Positions 14,601 to 27,676 of a stretch of 60,000 nt of DNA are shown here, piece by piece. Within the stretch, counting starts at the first letter, position 1, and the number at the start of each line of letters is the position of its first letter. Source of the DNA: Botryllus schlosseri. Lineage: Eukaryota. The DNA lies in NCBI GenBank assembly GCA_051294905.1, contig CM119372.1:14510001-14570000 (forward strand). Direction: 5' to 3'. The notes below the pieces were generated by a model that worked only from the letters and a program-made list of their open reading frames with translations, had not been told where the DNA came from and did not search any database. The position numbers and the translations under genes are program-made.

Positions 14601-17600
14601 GCGATGATTCCATATGATCGATGCTCTAAAATCGATTACAAACTCTTTACACCTATACTACCTCCCGACTGGGAAATTGCCGATGCTGTCGTCACATGGC
14701 GTTGGATTGCGAAAACATCCGAGGATACTTGACAAAGCGCACGTGCGTTGCTATATACAATGCATGCCGTAGTCGATATTTCAGGAATGAAATACCCATC
14801 CATAAATACGATTGAAATTCAGAGGCTGTACCATGAACTCACGTCATATTAATGAAATTCGTAGCTCTGTGCCAGATCGTGGATCAATACCAATGCCACT
14901 ACTGTCTTGCAACCACAGATTCATAATTACACTTGAGTTGGGTTACCATATTTTGGAATCGGGAAAGGAGGACACTTTTTTCAAATCATAGAAGTAAAAG
15001 TTAGATTACGGGAATTGAAAACAGCTGAACTTAAATCTCGCGTTGACTAAAAAACAGGTCGTCACTCCTACTCGACTTCCAAATGACCCGCTCGAACGCC
15101 CGCATTACATATTTCGCAACATTTATGGCGTTTTTAGTTGACCCTGACCAGTAGCCTAGCTGTCAAAGCTATAATAGAGGACGAATTTACACAAATAAGG
15201 ACATTTGGACGTCCTGGGAGAACAGTTTCGATTTCCTAAAAAAGGAGCACAAATAATCCTAATGGATGACATGTGGTAACCATACACTTCAAAAACTGTA
15301 TGACCGTATATTTTTTAGCTTGTCCTGCTCCTGCCACGGTCACGGTCAACGTCGTCGTTACTGTTATTATATCTGTTTTGCTGCTAATCGGAGTAACGGG
15401 AAATATGATAACGTTAATCGTAATTGGAAGACACAAGCATTTGCAGACCAACTTCAACAGATTTCTCATGAGTCTCTGTGTATCGGATCTGGTTTCAGCC
15501 TGCATATGCTCGCCTTTGTGGCTGTATCGACGAACTTGGGGATATGACGACTGGCAGCTTGGACAATTTTTATGTGAGTTATATTCTTGCCAGGGATGTA
15601 TAGAACATATATATTCCCGATTCTTGCATACCAGGTTTGGTATCAGCAATGCATGTTATGACAAGCTAGCAAGAATAGGAAATATCGAATGGTGATTTAC
15701 AACGGCCACGACTTTTGTGAATTGTAGAGTCTTATCAACGACTCAGCGTGTTGTATACACTGGTGATATTTGATTATAATTATAATGTTCTGTCTTTTCA
15801 AACAGTATAGGATTATTTGGAAACGATAATGGTAGTGTCTTGTGGCGACACATAATAAATACTCAACGGTGATGTAATAACTATAATAACAAATTGATCT
15901 GGAAATGCAATCCAGTTCATGCATCTATGTGCATATGATATGATAACCGACTTCGTGTCTTATGGACTATTGATGTTTATTACTCTCTGGACACCTGGAA
16001 ATATTCCAAGTATCTGAATTTTATGTATTATGACAACTTGCTCGACGCGCGTAAACGATCATCACCCTTAGACCGGGTCCCGACGATCATATATTCTCGT
16101 TTCCGCGTTAAGCATTGATAACTCGATTTTCGTTCAGGCAAATTCTATTGGGTGGTGGATTATGGAACGAATTTCATCACGTCCCTACACGTTCTCTCTT
16201 TCTGCGTCCTGAGATTCATGGTGTTTTCAAAGCCATTTTCAGTAACATCCCACACATATTCGAATCAGCAACTAAGAATATACATCGTCACCCTATGGTT
16301 GGGATCCATGGCACTTGCGTTGCCTCATGCGTACTTCATGGGTTACAGAGAACGTGAGAGAGGTTTTTATGTTTGATGCTTACGTGGGAATGTCTATAAT
16401 CAAGGTGCCACTGGTATTATCATTTCGCGTCGGATTCCCAAGATTCCAGTTTATGGATGATAACTTATCAATGATCATGATAATTGATCATATCATGCAC
16501 TCCCAGTGTCGAAATCGATTATGATCGCAGGAATCATTTATCCGCTAGCGGATATTTTCATTTGCAGGGTGTTGCTGGTTTTCAATGTGTATTTTTAAAT
16601 AAATATTGACTTAAATAACTTACTCAATTTGAATTATATTCGCAAAATATCAGTAATGCATCCAAATAAACAAACTTTATTTTGAAAATATTTTGAAGGA
16701 GTTTGAGTAATCGCCCCGCTTGTCAAAATCGGTATTCAAGAAGAATATTCCTCAAATTCAGTTATACTTGCTGCGAAGGCGAAAGCAAGACGTGACAATT
16801 TGAGTTAAGAAATCGCTCAATAATTCATAGAGATATGTCGCAAGAGAACAAAAAGCTTCGATTTGTGGTTTTATCTCTATCAGCTGATTTATAATCGATA
16901 TCTATAAGTTCAAACATTTCGTCAAATGTAGATGATCAGGTCATCGTAAACAGCTGAGAGAGCTTACATAAAAGTCATTTAATAACTTGGGTATATTACA
17001 GGAAGTAGCACGGATCCTTGGCCTTCCTGCTCCGTCTTGCTGGATAAAACGACCACATTCCACACTTACAGCTCCACCGTGTATACCATATTTTTCTACA
17101 TTCCCGGATTCTTCATCGTCATTTTCTCTTGTCTCACGACGAGAATACTCAACAAAATGAAAAGGTAGGCGTAGATGTCGGTGACAGTCTCATTGTACTT
17201 TACGCATTGCATCCATCTCGCTATAAACAGGCTTGAAACATGATGCAAGCATTGCCAATTCATAGCTACCAATGTGTTTTTTTTGCCATGTAATTCTCAG
17301 TAAACATGCTGTGAAGTTTCGACGACTCTTTGCATTGCACTCAATGCATTTGGGGTTATAAACAGCATATATATTTAGGCTATACTTAGGGATGGTTTGA
17401 ACGTGAGGTGAACGTTCGCGTTCTGTGTGTGAGCCTCGGAAATTTATAGGTTCACGTTCACAAACGAACCTTAATAGGTTCTGCACTGTGAGCCTTTTTC
17501 ATATATTACTATTTGCACGTTATTATAACATCTTTGGTTGCAATTTATTGTATTTCAACAGCGGGCCACTCTATGCATGGCTCTGGCAGCATTAAAAAAT

Positions 17601-18270
17601 CAACACTAAACAAGCATGCACCTTGACAATCTCAAAGATTTTACCAGCTTTGTACCAAAAGTTTGCCTATTACTAATAGCCTCGGCGAACACCAACATAA
17701 ATTTAATTGACCAAAAGGGTGTATCAATATAGCAATGATACTCTTCGTCCATTACACAAGGCAAACAAAGATAGATGACCAGATGGCTCGTTGAACTCCA
17801 GTTAGCATTTGCTCCGTTTTGTTTCATAACCATTATCCTTGTATTACAGCCCTCGCGATTCGCCAGATCGTGTGGAACAAGCCCGCAACCACTTTTTGCG
17901 TCGTCGCAACGCGTCGGCATGTCTTCAGTTGCGTTTGATATGTACATGTTTCATAACAGGATACGTTCCTCTATCGGCGTACCCAATCTGGACCACAGCG
18001 ATTCCGGACAAAAGCTGCACGAGCAGCGTGTTTTTGATTGATTATTGGATCGGTGTCGTAGCATACATCATATTGCGGATATCGGAATGCCTGAATCCTG
18101 TGATGTATAACCTGGGATGTCACGATATGCGAAGGGCGACAGTAGGGTTTCTCTTTAGAACAAGACTGAAAACGCCGGTTGGTTCTACAAGAGTGACTGC
18201 AAGCAGCCCCGACTCACTTTTTCGTAACCTTCCCTTCCATTCTGTCAAGTCGAGTTCTGTTGGTGTTTAG
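11608..18270 (+). CDS. Class A GPCR, paralog 2 (~378 aa)
   Basis: Exons 11608-11689 (MTTSVEFPNSTG..., strong GTAAGT donor, phase 1), 15319-15573, 16138-16353, 17002-17164, 17850-18270; 1137 nt in frame. Same intron phases as paralog 1. Motifs SLCVSDLVSACICSPLWLYRRTWG, VLRF, WPSC, FYIP, GYVP, SECLNPVMY. Confidence 0.92.
12028..12600 (+). mobile_element. Repeat family with GTGAAC/GTTCAC subterminal motifs (MITE-like)
   Basis: Homologous to 17387-17690 (same orientation) and 19315-19963 (inverted). The other copies start with TAGGGATGG. Confidence 0.8.
12602..13312. mobile_element. Cluster of nested hAT/Charlie-like MITE fragments
   Basis: Termini CAGTGGTTCTCAAC (12602), CAGGGGTCGCCAAC (~12707) and GTTACGGCCCTG (~13301-13312). 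Internal sequence is homologous to 29600-29900, 38384-38750 and 46340-46560. Confidence 0.75.
17387..17690 (+). mobile_element. Truncated copy of the GTGAAC-repeat MITE in GPCR2 intron 4
   Basis: Starts TAGGGATGGTTTGAACGTGAGG and is colinear with 12028-12310. Confidence 0.8.
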
Positions 18271-19314
18271 AATCACGCTCGCTATAACGAACTGAAGACA
18301 CGCTGTGGTTAGGGTAACAATTGCATCGTCCGATACGCGTCTGAATTCTTTACATTCGGATTTTTCTTCAGTTTTGCTTGAATTCGCAGTTGATTACTAT
18401 CAAGAAATCTGTGTATAGATTAATATATGGAGAGATTACTGTCATGCATAGACTCAGGATAAACTTTCGTCATGAGTAGGATTTGCAAGATAGGGTCGGG
18501 TTTTGTGGAAATCTGGTCATAACTTGCTTCGAGGTTGGTGTATTGCCGGTACATCGCAATATGATAACTATCAGAATCCTACATATACTCAGGAGAAATT
18601 TGTTATATAGCTACGAATAATTAGACAAACACGTCCTCTCTTTGACGCCAGAAGTTTTTTCAAGTATAATTCATAGCCATGGTACTGAAAATTTACAACA
18701 TCGCAACATATATTACGATGCGATTCCGTGAATCGCTGTAAAGCTATAAAATGAATGACAATGTATAATGATGAGGGAAGATTACCGTAACACATTGTGA
18801 ATTTGTTGATCCTTAGCAAGCAAAATTAAATGATCTTAAAATCGCAGCGTTGAAATCATACATCAACATATATATAAATATATTACCTTTGACACGAGTA
18901 AATTTTGCGTACAAGGCACAGTTATCTTACCATCTTTAGCACCCTGGTAAATAGAAGGTAGCACTGAGAAAGTATGCGTTATTTTTGTTAGGTATCGTTA
19001 TAATTACTTATATTGTATGAGAGGAAATGGAGGCTGTATTCCAGTTGCTTGCATGTATCTCCTACCATACTAATATAACTCCTACGAAAGATTGCTGTCA
19101 TGAAATGACCATGATAATTGACAGTGCTTTTTCTCTTTTTCTAGTTTTTGGTTTTGCAAAATTTGTTGTTGTAGATAATTATCACGCTATTCCATAAATG
19201 TGAGCGTATTGTAAACCCAGCTTTTGGACTGGTTTCACTATACCTTAAGCTGTACAGGATACATTGGTGATGAATCCCGGACCATATTTTATTATAAGCT
19301 TACGCCTCAACGGT

Positions 19315-19963
19315 CTAGGCCAGACCGGACAATGTATTCGGCGTCTGAGTATTGCTACGTTTACATCGAACAGAGTGCAAAACGGGTTTCTGTACCTGCT
19401 ACCGATAATACTTTTCCATGTTATACAGCAGTAGTCAACACCCCAATCACACGGATCTGGTTTTTATGATACCATAAACATATGAAATCAGGATTGACCA
19501 CGTACGCCTGCTAGATTTTTTTACATCAGATAATGATATCAATTTCATTGATTGGTTGAATAAGCATCATTCGCTGACTATACCTACATGCTACATGTAC
19601 TTTATTTCGCTCTTGATGTTGTGTGATTGCGGGTACAGCTCACAGCAGAGAGTCACCAAATATTGGGAAAGCTGGATATTTCCGGCAAACTTTTGTAACA
19701 AAACAGGTAAAAATTTTTGAGATGGTCGAGGTGTATGCTCGTTTAGTGTTGATTTTTTACGCTGCCAGTGCCATGCATTGAGTGGCTCGCAGTTGAAATG
19801 CAATAATTTTCAACCAAAGATGTTAAATTGACGTGAAAATAGTAATATATGAAAAGGTTCACAGTGCAGAACCTACCAATGTTCGTTTGTGAACGTGAAC
19901 CTCTAAATATCTGAGGTTCACACACAGAACGCGAACGTGAAACTCACGTTCACACCATCCCTA
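19315..19963 (-). mobile_element. Inverted copy of the GTGAAC-repeat MITE
   Basis: Ends CACACCATCCCTA and is reverse-complementary to 12028-12600. Confidence 0.8.
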
Positions 19964-20439
19964 GAATGGACAATTGGACATTTTCGCACCTAGCCTTTGC
20001 GCTGCAATTATGGCTCTCATGTTGGAGTGGGTTTCAGTCTGCTCAAAATGTACCCTACGTCGAACTTGAGTTCGATTGCACATTACTGCGGTATGTTAAA
20101 GAGCTGTTCTTTGCCACAGTTACATTACCGCGTTTACTCGTTCAATGGAATCACGTTTGCTCGACGTGCCCCAAGCTCTAAAGTTCGCACCACTATCTCG
20201 ATTTCTGAGTGCTAGTCTTTCCAAACGCATTACGGCCATTGTCAAGACTCAAGAGTGTGACCAACAAACGAACTTCGATTTTGCGTCCGTATGACGTCAC
20301 CAACCTTCGATTATCGCATGACAGTGGATTGACATTGTTAGTAATTATTACAATTGAAAATATAGGGCCAATATGCCTCATTTGACGAAAAAGATTACCT
20401 ACACAATGTCTTGAACGGACATAGAATATCTCTAACCCG

Positions 20440-20530
20440 GTCATCATCATCAGAACATCCGTTCTGTTCAAGTGATACATAACGTTCATCATCATCAGAA
20501 CACCCGTTCGGTTCAAATGATATATAACCA
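20440..20530. repeat. Two-copy ~45 bp tandem duplication
   Basis: TCATCATCATCAGAACA(T/C)CCGTTC(T/G)GTTCAA(G/A)TGATA(C/T)ATAAC occurs twice. Confidence 0.85.
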
Positions 20531-21595
20531 GCGTGTTATAACTGCTGAACCGATGACGAGGTGAGGGTTCCGATCATTCCATATCGTATACATCGACTAT
20601 TTCTATTGCAAGTCGTCCAAAGTTTCATACTAAATGTGTTTTTTTCAAGTATTTTGACATTAATGAAATAATTGTACCACATTTTTTGAAATGGCACCTG
20701 CTTGAAACATCTTTACAATGAGTGTTTTAAAACACCCCTTGTTTTAAATGCGACCCTAACCATATTGCGTATCTCTATTGCTCGCTCGAATGTAAATGTA
20801 ATGCCTATATGCTCAATCCTAACCTAAAGTCTTTTAACCTCCCCGAACCCGAATGATCCAGTGTCAAATATCGCCAGGCCCAGGTGATGCTTCCTATTCG
20901 GTCACATGTCCATATGGACGCGTATGCGGTATCGGGAAAGACACGTTTTTATCGTGCATGGTCCTCTTGTTATCGCGTTATGTTGACAGTGTTTGGGTGA
21001 CTCTTTCAATACGCTAAGGTGACAATGCGATGATCGCCTAACTGGAATGCTGTCTATATATCCCCGCAATATGTAATGCCTCTTTGTGCAGGTCTAGGGC
21101 GTGTTCGATCTCGGTCTGTTGCAAGACGGAAATTGGAGATGCCTGTGTAAAGGAAAACGTTCTGTATATGTATTCTCATACATACAGCTATAGTGTTTCA
21201 CTAATCAATTACATTTCGCCCTTATGTTTACAGAAGCAGCGTACTCCTTCTGTACATTCAATATATTGATTCATGCGTCAGCATCTGTCGACGCAGTTTC
21301 TAAATTTTGTTTACCCCCTTTTAATCGTTTGAATTGAATTAATAAATATGAAGAAAGCGTCTAATGAAATTTGGTCATATACTGGATAAGATGATTGACG
21401 CAATTTTGGAAAATAGATGTCGCATGTTTGTAGAAAAACAATTATCATATCTCATAACCGTTGCACGATTGGAACTGACCCTGTGCCCTCATTTGGCCGG
21501 AAAACATTGCCTAAAGGTAGAGCTCAGGATTTTTGTAGCGCAGGCAGCGCTTTGCAGGCATGGGGGAATCTGTTCCACAGGAGGTGCACTCGGTC

Positions 21596-24500
21596 ATGAG
21601 CGAGAATGTCATTGATAACCAAGACACGATGGACAGTGGAATGAACAATGAATCGCATGGTTGGTTGAAATATAATTCGTTCATTTCTACATATTATAGA
21701 GCAATCTTAATCAGTATATAGTGTGAATGACTAATTGCGACAATACCGAGCGAGATGGTATAATGGGATGCGTTCGGCTTCTTGATCGGCAGGTCGTGGG
21801 TTCGATCCCCGGTCGGGTCAGACCAACGACTCGAAAACTAGTATCGGCAGCTATCCTGCGAGTAGTGCTGGGCATCCACGGATAGCGTGTAGAAATGGGG
21901 GTGGCTATGATGGCATCAACGTATCGCATCTCCGTCGTCAAAAGCATCTCGATGGTGCAGGCGTAAACGAACACCCCCTTCTCCCTGTGTTTGTGCTGTT
22001 CGAAACGATAGGTTGGCCTACGCAGTATTTTCATATTGAATATCTGTGCTTGTGCGTGCATCCTACAGTGGTTTTCAAACTGAGGTCCGCGGTTCTTTTG
22101 GGTCTGGTACGTATGAGTGATTCGAATATCTTTTGAATAGCAACAATCATTACATTAGTTCACGAGATGACAACATGCTTCATTACATGGACACCATAAA
22201 CGCTAGCGTGATGTTTTGTGTTTATTTGTTCATATCAGTTCAGTTCGGTTTATTATCAATTTTGTCAGTTCATTACAGCACAAAAATGCGATGCAATGAA
22301 AAGATAGAAAGCTGTCGAAAAGACTTGGAGTAGTCTTATTAATCAGACACCCACACTGGCCTATAGGCGATGTAAAGAGGAGGCATGCATACACTGAATG
22401 AAAAGTATAAGAAGATAGTATAGTAAAAAGCAAGTGACAAAAAATGGGGTGGCACATCATGGAAGGCGAGATCGATAGGTCAGGTCGTGGTCCGGTAATA
22501 TTGAGGACGTAGGCCTACTAGCATATATTTAGTAGTAATTGCTTGTATTTCGACTTGAATGTGGACATGCTCTTCGAGTGTCGGATGACCGGCGGGATAC
22601 TATTCCAAACGTCAGGTCCGGCATATTTGATAGAGCGATGATCTTTCCGGTCGATCATATGATATTTGTGTTGATAATATTGCCTGAATGGCAACTGGCA
22701 CTCATTGCATGACATTATTCTTACCCGCTATTCTCTCAACAGGCTGTCCGGATCCAGACGGACCTGCTAGCAACAGCGTTATCGCTGCTGTTATAGGTGT
22801 TCTTCTCGTTGCCGGCCTGCTGGGGAATTCTGTTACAGTGACCGTGATTATCAGAAACAAAAATCTCAGAACAAGTTTCAATATGTTTCTAATAAGTCTG
22901 TGCGCATCGGATTTAGTCTCTGCTTGCATTTGCTCACCGCTATGGACGTATAGAAGAACAGTGGGTTTTAATAATTGGCTGTGGGGAGAATGGTCGTGTA
23001 AGTAGCAATAAAACTGTAAAAATATATAATCCTTAGTTGAGCCGATCGCATGCAGCATATAGTTCCACACGAAATACGATAGCATTGTGGTCGCGGAAAT
23101 GATTATATGGGAATCAGAGTTTTCTGTGAATTTCAACTCCTAGAATAGTAACTAACGCAGTCAGGATGGTTATAAGAGAGACATATGATCCCTTCTTTTG
23201 AAACTCTGTAAATCAACGTGTATATAGTTTGCTTACGTCACACAATATTATCATGTTCGTTTCCACTTCCAACAATGATATTTCGCTAGAAAATAAACCG
23301 TTAGGAAGACATTTCAAAACTTGAATAGGTTTATGTCGTGTTTCTAAGAACCGTGTGACCTTTTGCTGTATCAATGGACAGTAGGCCTATAGTCGTAAAA
23401 ATGAGTTTGTTAGCAATTTATGGCCTGTAAATATCATCTCATCTCTATGGTACTGTAGAGCAGGGATTCTCAAACTTTTTTGGCCGTGACCCATTTTACG
23501 GTGAGTAAGATTTTTTATTAAACAAGCTTTGCGTGTGTCTTGTACTGAAGTTGCGATGTCAGAACATTCAATCCAATGATGCAAACAATTCAAGCGATTC
23601 TTACATTATGCAGCCAACAATGATTCGAAGGCTAGACATTTTTAGATTGACACTCCAAAGATTCCTATGAGCTGATCTAAATCCTCACTCCAATACGATT
23701 CGATGCCGTGGTGCCGTATACCTCTACAGGAAGTTGATAAATTAGAATAAATTGCAATTATGAGTATGACTATTGTTATGTTACAATATTACGAACTGCC
23801 GAAGTACCGTAAATCTACATCAAATGCACTTCAGTCCGAGATTAATGCACAGTGCGCACCCTTTGAAAGGCATATGGCGTATAACCCTAAGCAGGAATAG
23901 TTAAGGTTACTTCAGCATTAGCTTCCAGTTATTACGTAATCGAAATTATTTTCGTTGCTGTTGGCCGTAGCTTGTCATCATAGGCGTAGACGGGGTACAA
24001 AAGACGCCGTTTCCCCCTCCCATTTTCGACTTGTAAATTGTGACTCGATAGGTCAATCAATCAGTCAATCAGGTTTATTAATATTTTCATCGTTTCAAAA
24101 CATCACAAGACTGCGATACAATGAAAAGATAGGAAGGTGTCGAAACAACTTGGAGTAGGCGTTAACATCAGACACCCACCTTAGTCTAGGTGTCATCACA
24201 TTACTCATCATACGTCTCATCTGAGTCGGTTGAAAAGCTTGATGTAGCCTACCTACGTTAAATTCCATAATACGAATATATGCTCAGAGCGAATAACATA
24301 ACAAATATAACTAAACTTTCACTAAATATACAATTTTCGAAATAGCTATGGGGCTCATTGGCTAAGAATCCCTGTCCTAGATGTTTTACGCAACTAATTT
24401 AATTTTCCAGGTCGACTTTATTGGCTTTCAGACATGACCACGAATTTCACCACGGCTTTGCACATCCTTTCGTTCTGCGTACTTCGATATTTAGCGTTGT

Positions 24501-26849
24501 CAAGGCCATTTACTGCTCCGACATCAAGACTGTCACGAAACCATTTCAGGATATACATCGCTTGTTTATGGATATTATCACTGCTGATATCTTCACTTTA
24601 CGCGTACATGGCTCAAGTGAAAGATGACGGTACAGTTGATTAGAGAGCTGCTTCTAAAAATATTTAGCAACTAAAATCCAAAGATTACTGAACCATACGA
24701 ATATAGTTTGCACCTGACTCGTGATAACCTTTTTCAGTAGGACTGATATCTTACATGTGGTTATTTGAAGTTGGCCACTATATCTTGCGGCGTTCCGCTG
24801 TAGAAATGAGATTCCGCCCTGTATAAGGGATGTTTATAACGAGTAATCTGGTCGCATAAGGCGGTAAGATAATTCATTTTTATTTGCACCATCGAGGTCG
24901 ATTTGCCTAAACAATGGAGTGGCGAAGGAACCGCGTGGTTCTCGAGTCGTAAGTAAACAGTTAATAACAACTGTTGCAGCGACTTGACTGGAAAATTACC
25001 TCACAACTTTTGTCAAATTAGTCTCCGAAGTTTCTACTTCCCATATTTCAGCCCATAGTCTATAGTTCATGATTATACTCACACCCTTCCTGTGAACGGG
25101 ACTAACAGTCACAATGGCAAAGGCGCCAAATATTTTTGCATTTCAGCACTCGATGGGGATCTATGGCCTTCTTGTTCATTCGGATTAGAATACAAGGACG
25201 TGTTTCACATTTATACTTCTGTTACCTACTCGGTATTCTTCTACCTCCCGGCCTTCATCATTCTGGTTTTGTCGATAGTATCTACTAGACTTTTATCAGA
25301 AAGCACAGAGTAAGTTTGAGACCTATTCAAAAGTAATATACCTAATGGAAACCATTTTGCACATAAAATCAATATTTGGTCGGTTCATCGGAAACCCGGT
25401 GTCGGACTGATTAAGATATCATTTTCCTTGTACGGAATATGTGTAATGTGTGTAGGCCACTCAGGTATTTTCGGCACATCAATCACACCGTGAAGAATGA
25501 TATAATAATCGCTTGCTTCCAGTGCATAAATGCTGGGTCGGTTCTAATATCTGTAGTTCGATCAATGTGCCAAAATTAGAACTGGGGCGACTGCCCGCCA
25601 GGCATATGACAATATATATAGATATAGATATAGATATAATTTCATGCATTGTTTTGGTGCGGAATGACCGCAGTTATTGGTGCTCCATAACTAAACCGAG
25701 AAAATATTACGAGCTATTCTTTTGAAAACTTTCTATTTCCTTTGGAATGCTTCGACAATAATACACGCTTAATGCCATATTCAACAATGATCGCAGATTA
25801 CATATAGGGCTGCTTAAAAACAAAAATCAATTTAAAACAAACATGTTTAAAACAAGGCCCTTGTTTAAAACATGTTCTTTATTGTTTTTTAAGCCATGAC
25901 GTCACCAATATTCAATTGTGACGTCATAGTGGGTTGACATTGACCATTCAAAATTTAGGGTAAATATATAGCTCCTTTGACGAAATGTCTGTACTATTGC
26001 TGTTGAATCGACTATTTTGAGCGTTCGAACCATCCCATATCGATATACGTCGGCTATATCGGGTGGTAATTGTTCTTAGGCTCATATAACATGTTTTTTG
26101 GAAAGTAGTTACACAATTATGGCATAATTTTACAACTTAAAAAAAAAGAATTTTTGAAGGCCTCTGTTTAAAACACCGTTTGTTTTAAATGCAAACCTAA
26201 TCGCAGCATTCATTATAAGAACTCTTATATTCCGTTATAAGTGTGGTAATAATCACGGTCAATATATGGAGAACTTGAATACTCCAACAGATTATATATA
26301 CATAAAGAATGATATTATATAGTCCAAGTATTCGGTAAAATGCAGATATTGCGGTAAGAAAATGAGTATACACGTGTAGTAAGTTGTAGCGATATCGATT
26401 TCGAGATAATTCATTAAACAACTCCATTCAGATCATCATCATCATCGCAGTTCCACGGCACCGCACATGCCGAACGAATACGCCAGCGCAACAGAACGGC
26501 GCAGACGCAATTGCAACTGATATGCGTCTGCTTTGCATTCGGATATCTCCCAATAACTTCGTACCATATCTGGGCGTCTAGCGGCGACGAATGGGAATGT
26601 AGTTCGTACACGGCGGACTACTGGATCGGAATCATCGCGTACGTGGTCCTCCGGATATCAGAGTGTCTAAATCCAGTCATGTACAACCTCGGGTCAAAGG
26701 AAATGCGTCAAGCGACTGTGAGGTTGATTCGAGAGGATATACTACGAAGACCTGCTACGACAAGACCAACAGATCCTAGGCCGTCCACCGTCTCGAACCC
26801 GAACTATTCCTCGCGGTATTATGAGAATGCGAACGCGGGGAATACTTAA
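21596..26849 (+). CDS. Class A GPCR, paralog 3 (~372 aa)
   Basis: Exons 21596-21659 (MSENVIDNQDTMDSGMNNESH; weaker GTTGGT donor, tentative), 22743-22997, 24411-24629, 25147-25309, 26432-26849; 1119 nt in frame. Motifs GNSVT, SLCASDL, WLWGEWSC, VLRY, WPSC, FYLP, GYLP, SECLNPVMY. Confidence 0.9.
21749..21990 (+). mobile_element. tRNA-derived SINE
   Basis: A box TGGTATAATGG and B box GGTTCGATCCC, followed by GGGTCAGACC..TCGAAAACT(A/G)GTATC shared with the copy at ~58075-58190. The 3' end is approximate. Confidence 0.7.
22235..22680 (-). mobile_element. 5'-truncated L2/CR1-group LINE (ORF2 C-terminus + 3' UTR)
   Basis: Encodes RSIKYAGPDVWNSIP..IRHSKSMSTFKSKYKQLLL, typical of a LINE ORF2 C-terminus. 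Closely similar to 27129-27676. Confidence 0.85.
25805..26199. mobile_element. MITE with GTTTAAAAC subterminal repeats
   Basis: Ends TAGGGCTGC...GCAAACCTA. Right half is homologous to ~20565-20757. Confidence 0.65.
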
Positions 26850-27128
26850 AATACACAGAACTGGCCGATGGCGAAACAAAAATTACGTATGCGTTTCAAC
26901 TCACACAGTCAAAGTGTCAATATAAATGTACTAATATTGCTGACGACGCCAAAATACAATGGATGTGGATTCAGAAAGTCGCCAACTAGATGGACAGGCC
27001 ATTTGCATGTGACGGAAGATTATTTTGGATTTACGAGAGAGCAGTAAGCTCTTGCGGTCAAATCGGAATCCAGTTTCAATACTGTGACGCCATAATAGCG
27101 TTCATCGGACTGCGTTTTTCTATCAGCT

Positions 27129-27676
27129 TCATCATCATCATCATCATTGGTTTATTAGCAATTTTATCAGTTCAATACACCACAAAAAATGCGATACAAT
27201 GAAGAGAAAGGAAGATGTCGAAGCGACTAGGAGTTGTCTATGGAATCGGACACCCACCTTGGCCTAGGCGATGTAAACAGGCGGCATGCACACTGAATGA
27301 AAGTAAGGAAGATAGTATAGAAAAAGAAAGCGACAAGAAATAGGGCGGCGTGTCATGGGAAGCGAGATCGATAGGTCAGTCGTGGTCCGGTAATCTTGAG
27401 GATGGACTGTATTTATTTAGTAGTAATTGCTTGTATTTTGACTCGAATGTGGACATGCTCGTCGACTGTCGGATGGCCGGCGGGATACTGTTCCACACAT
27501 CAGGTCCGGCATATTTGATGGAGCGATGATCTTTTCGGTCGATCATATGATATTTGGACGACGCGGACGCGCGTGTGTTGTACTTGTGCGCTTTTGATTC
27601 AGAGGTAAAGAAGTCATTGAAATATTCGGGGCAACGACCGCAGTGAAACTGATACATAAACTTGGCGATTTCTAGT
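27129..27676 (-). mobile_element. 5'-truncated L2/CR1-group LINE between the GPCR3 and PHM 3' ends
   Basis: ORF remnant LEIAKFMYQF..CPEYFNDFF..HKYNTR..RSIKYAGPDVWNSIP, then a 3' UTR ending AATAAA + (ATG)n tail. Further tails at ~24060-24190 (-) and ~35060-35205 (+). Confidence 0.88.

Noticed and set aside
12028..19963. Inverted MITE copies flanking GPCR2 exons as a composite transposon that duplicated the gene
   Set aside because: No shared TSD at the outer ends, exon 1 lies outside, and the paralogs' divergence appears to predate these repeats.
21749..21830. tRNA genes (also ~10640, ~36395, ~46160, ~50075, ~58075)
   Set aside because: A/B boxes are present but there is no convincing cloverleaf, and the repeated copies share downstream tails, indicating SINE heads.
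873..26849. GPCRs as opsins because of a basic residue at 7.43
   Set aside because: The residue is Arg, which cannot form the retinal Schiff base, and no other opsin-specific features were recognisable.
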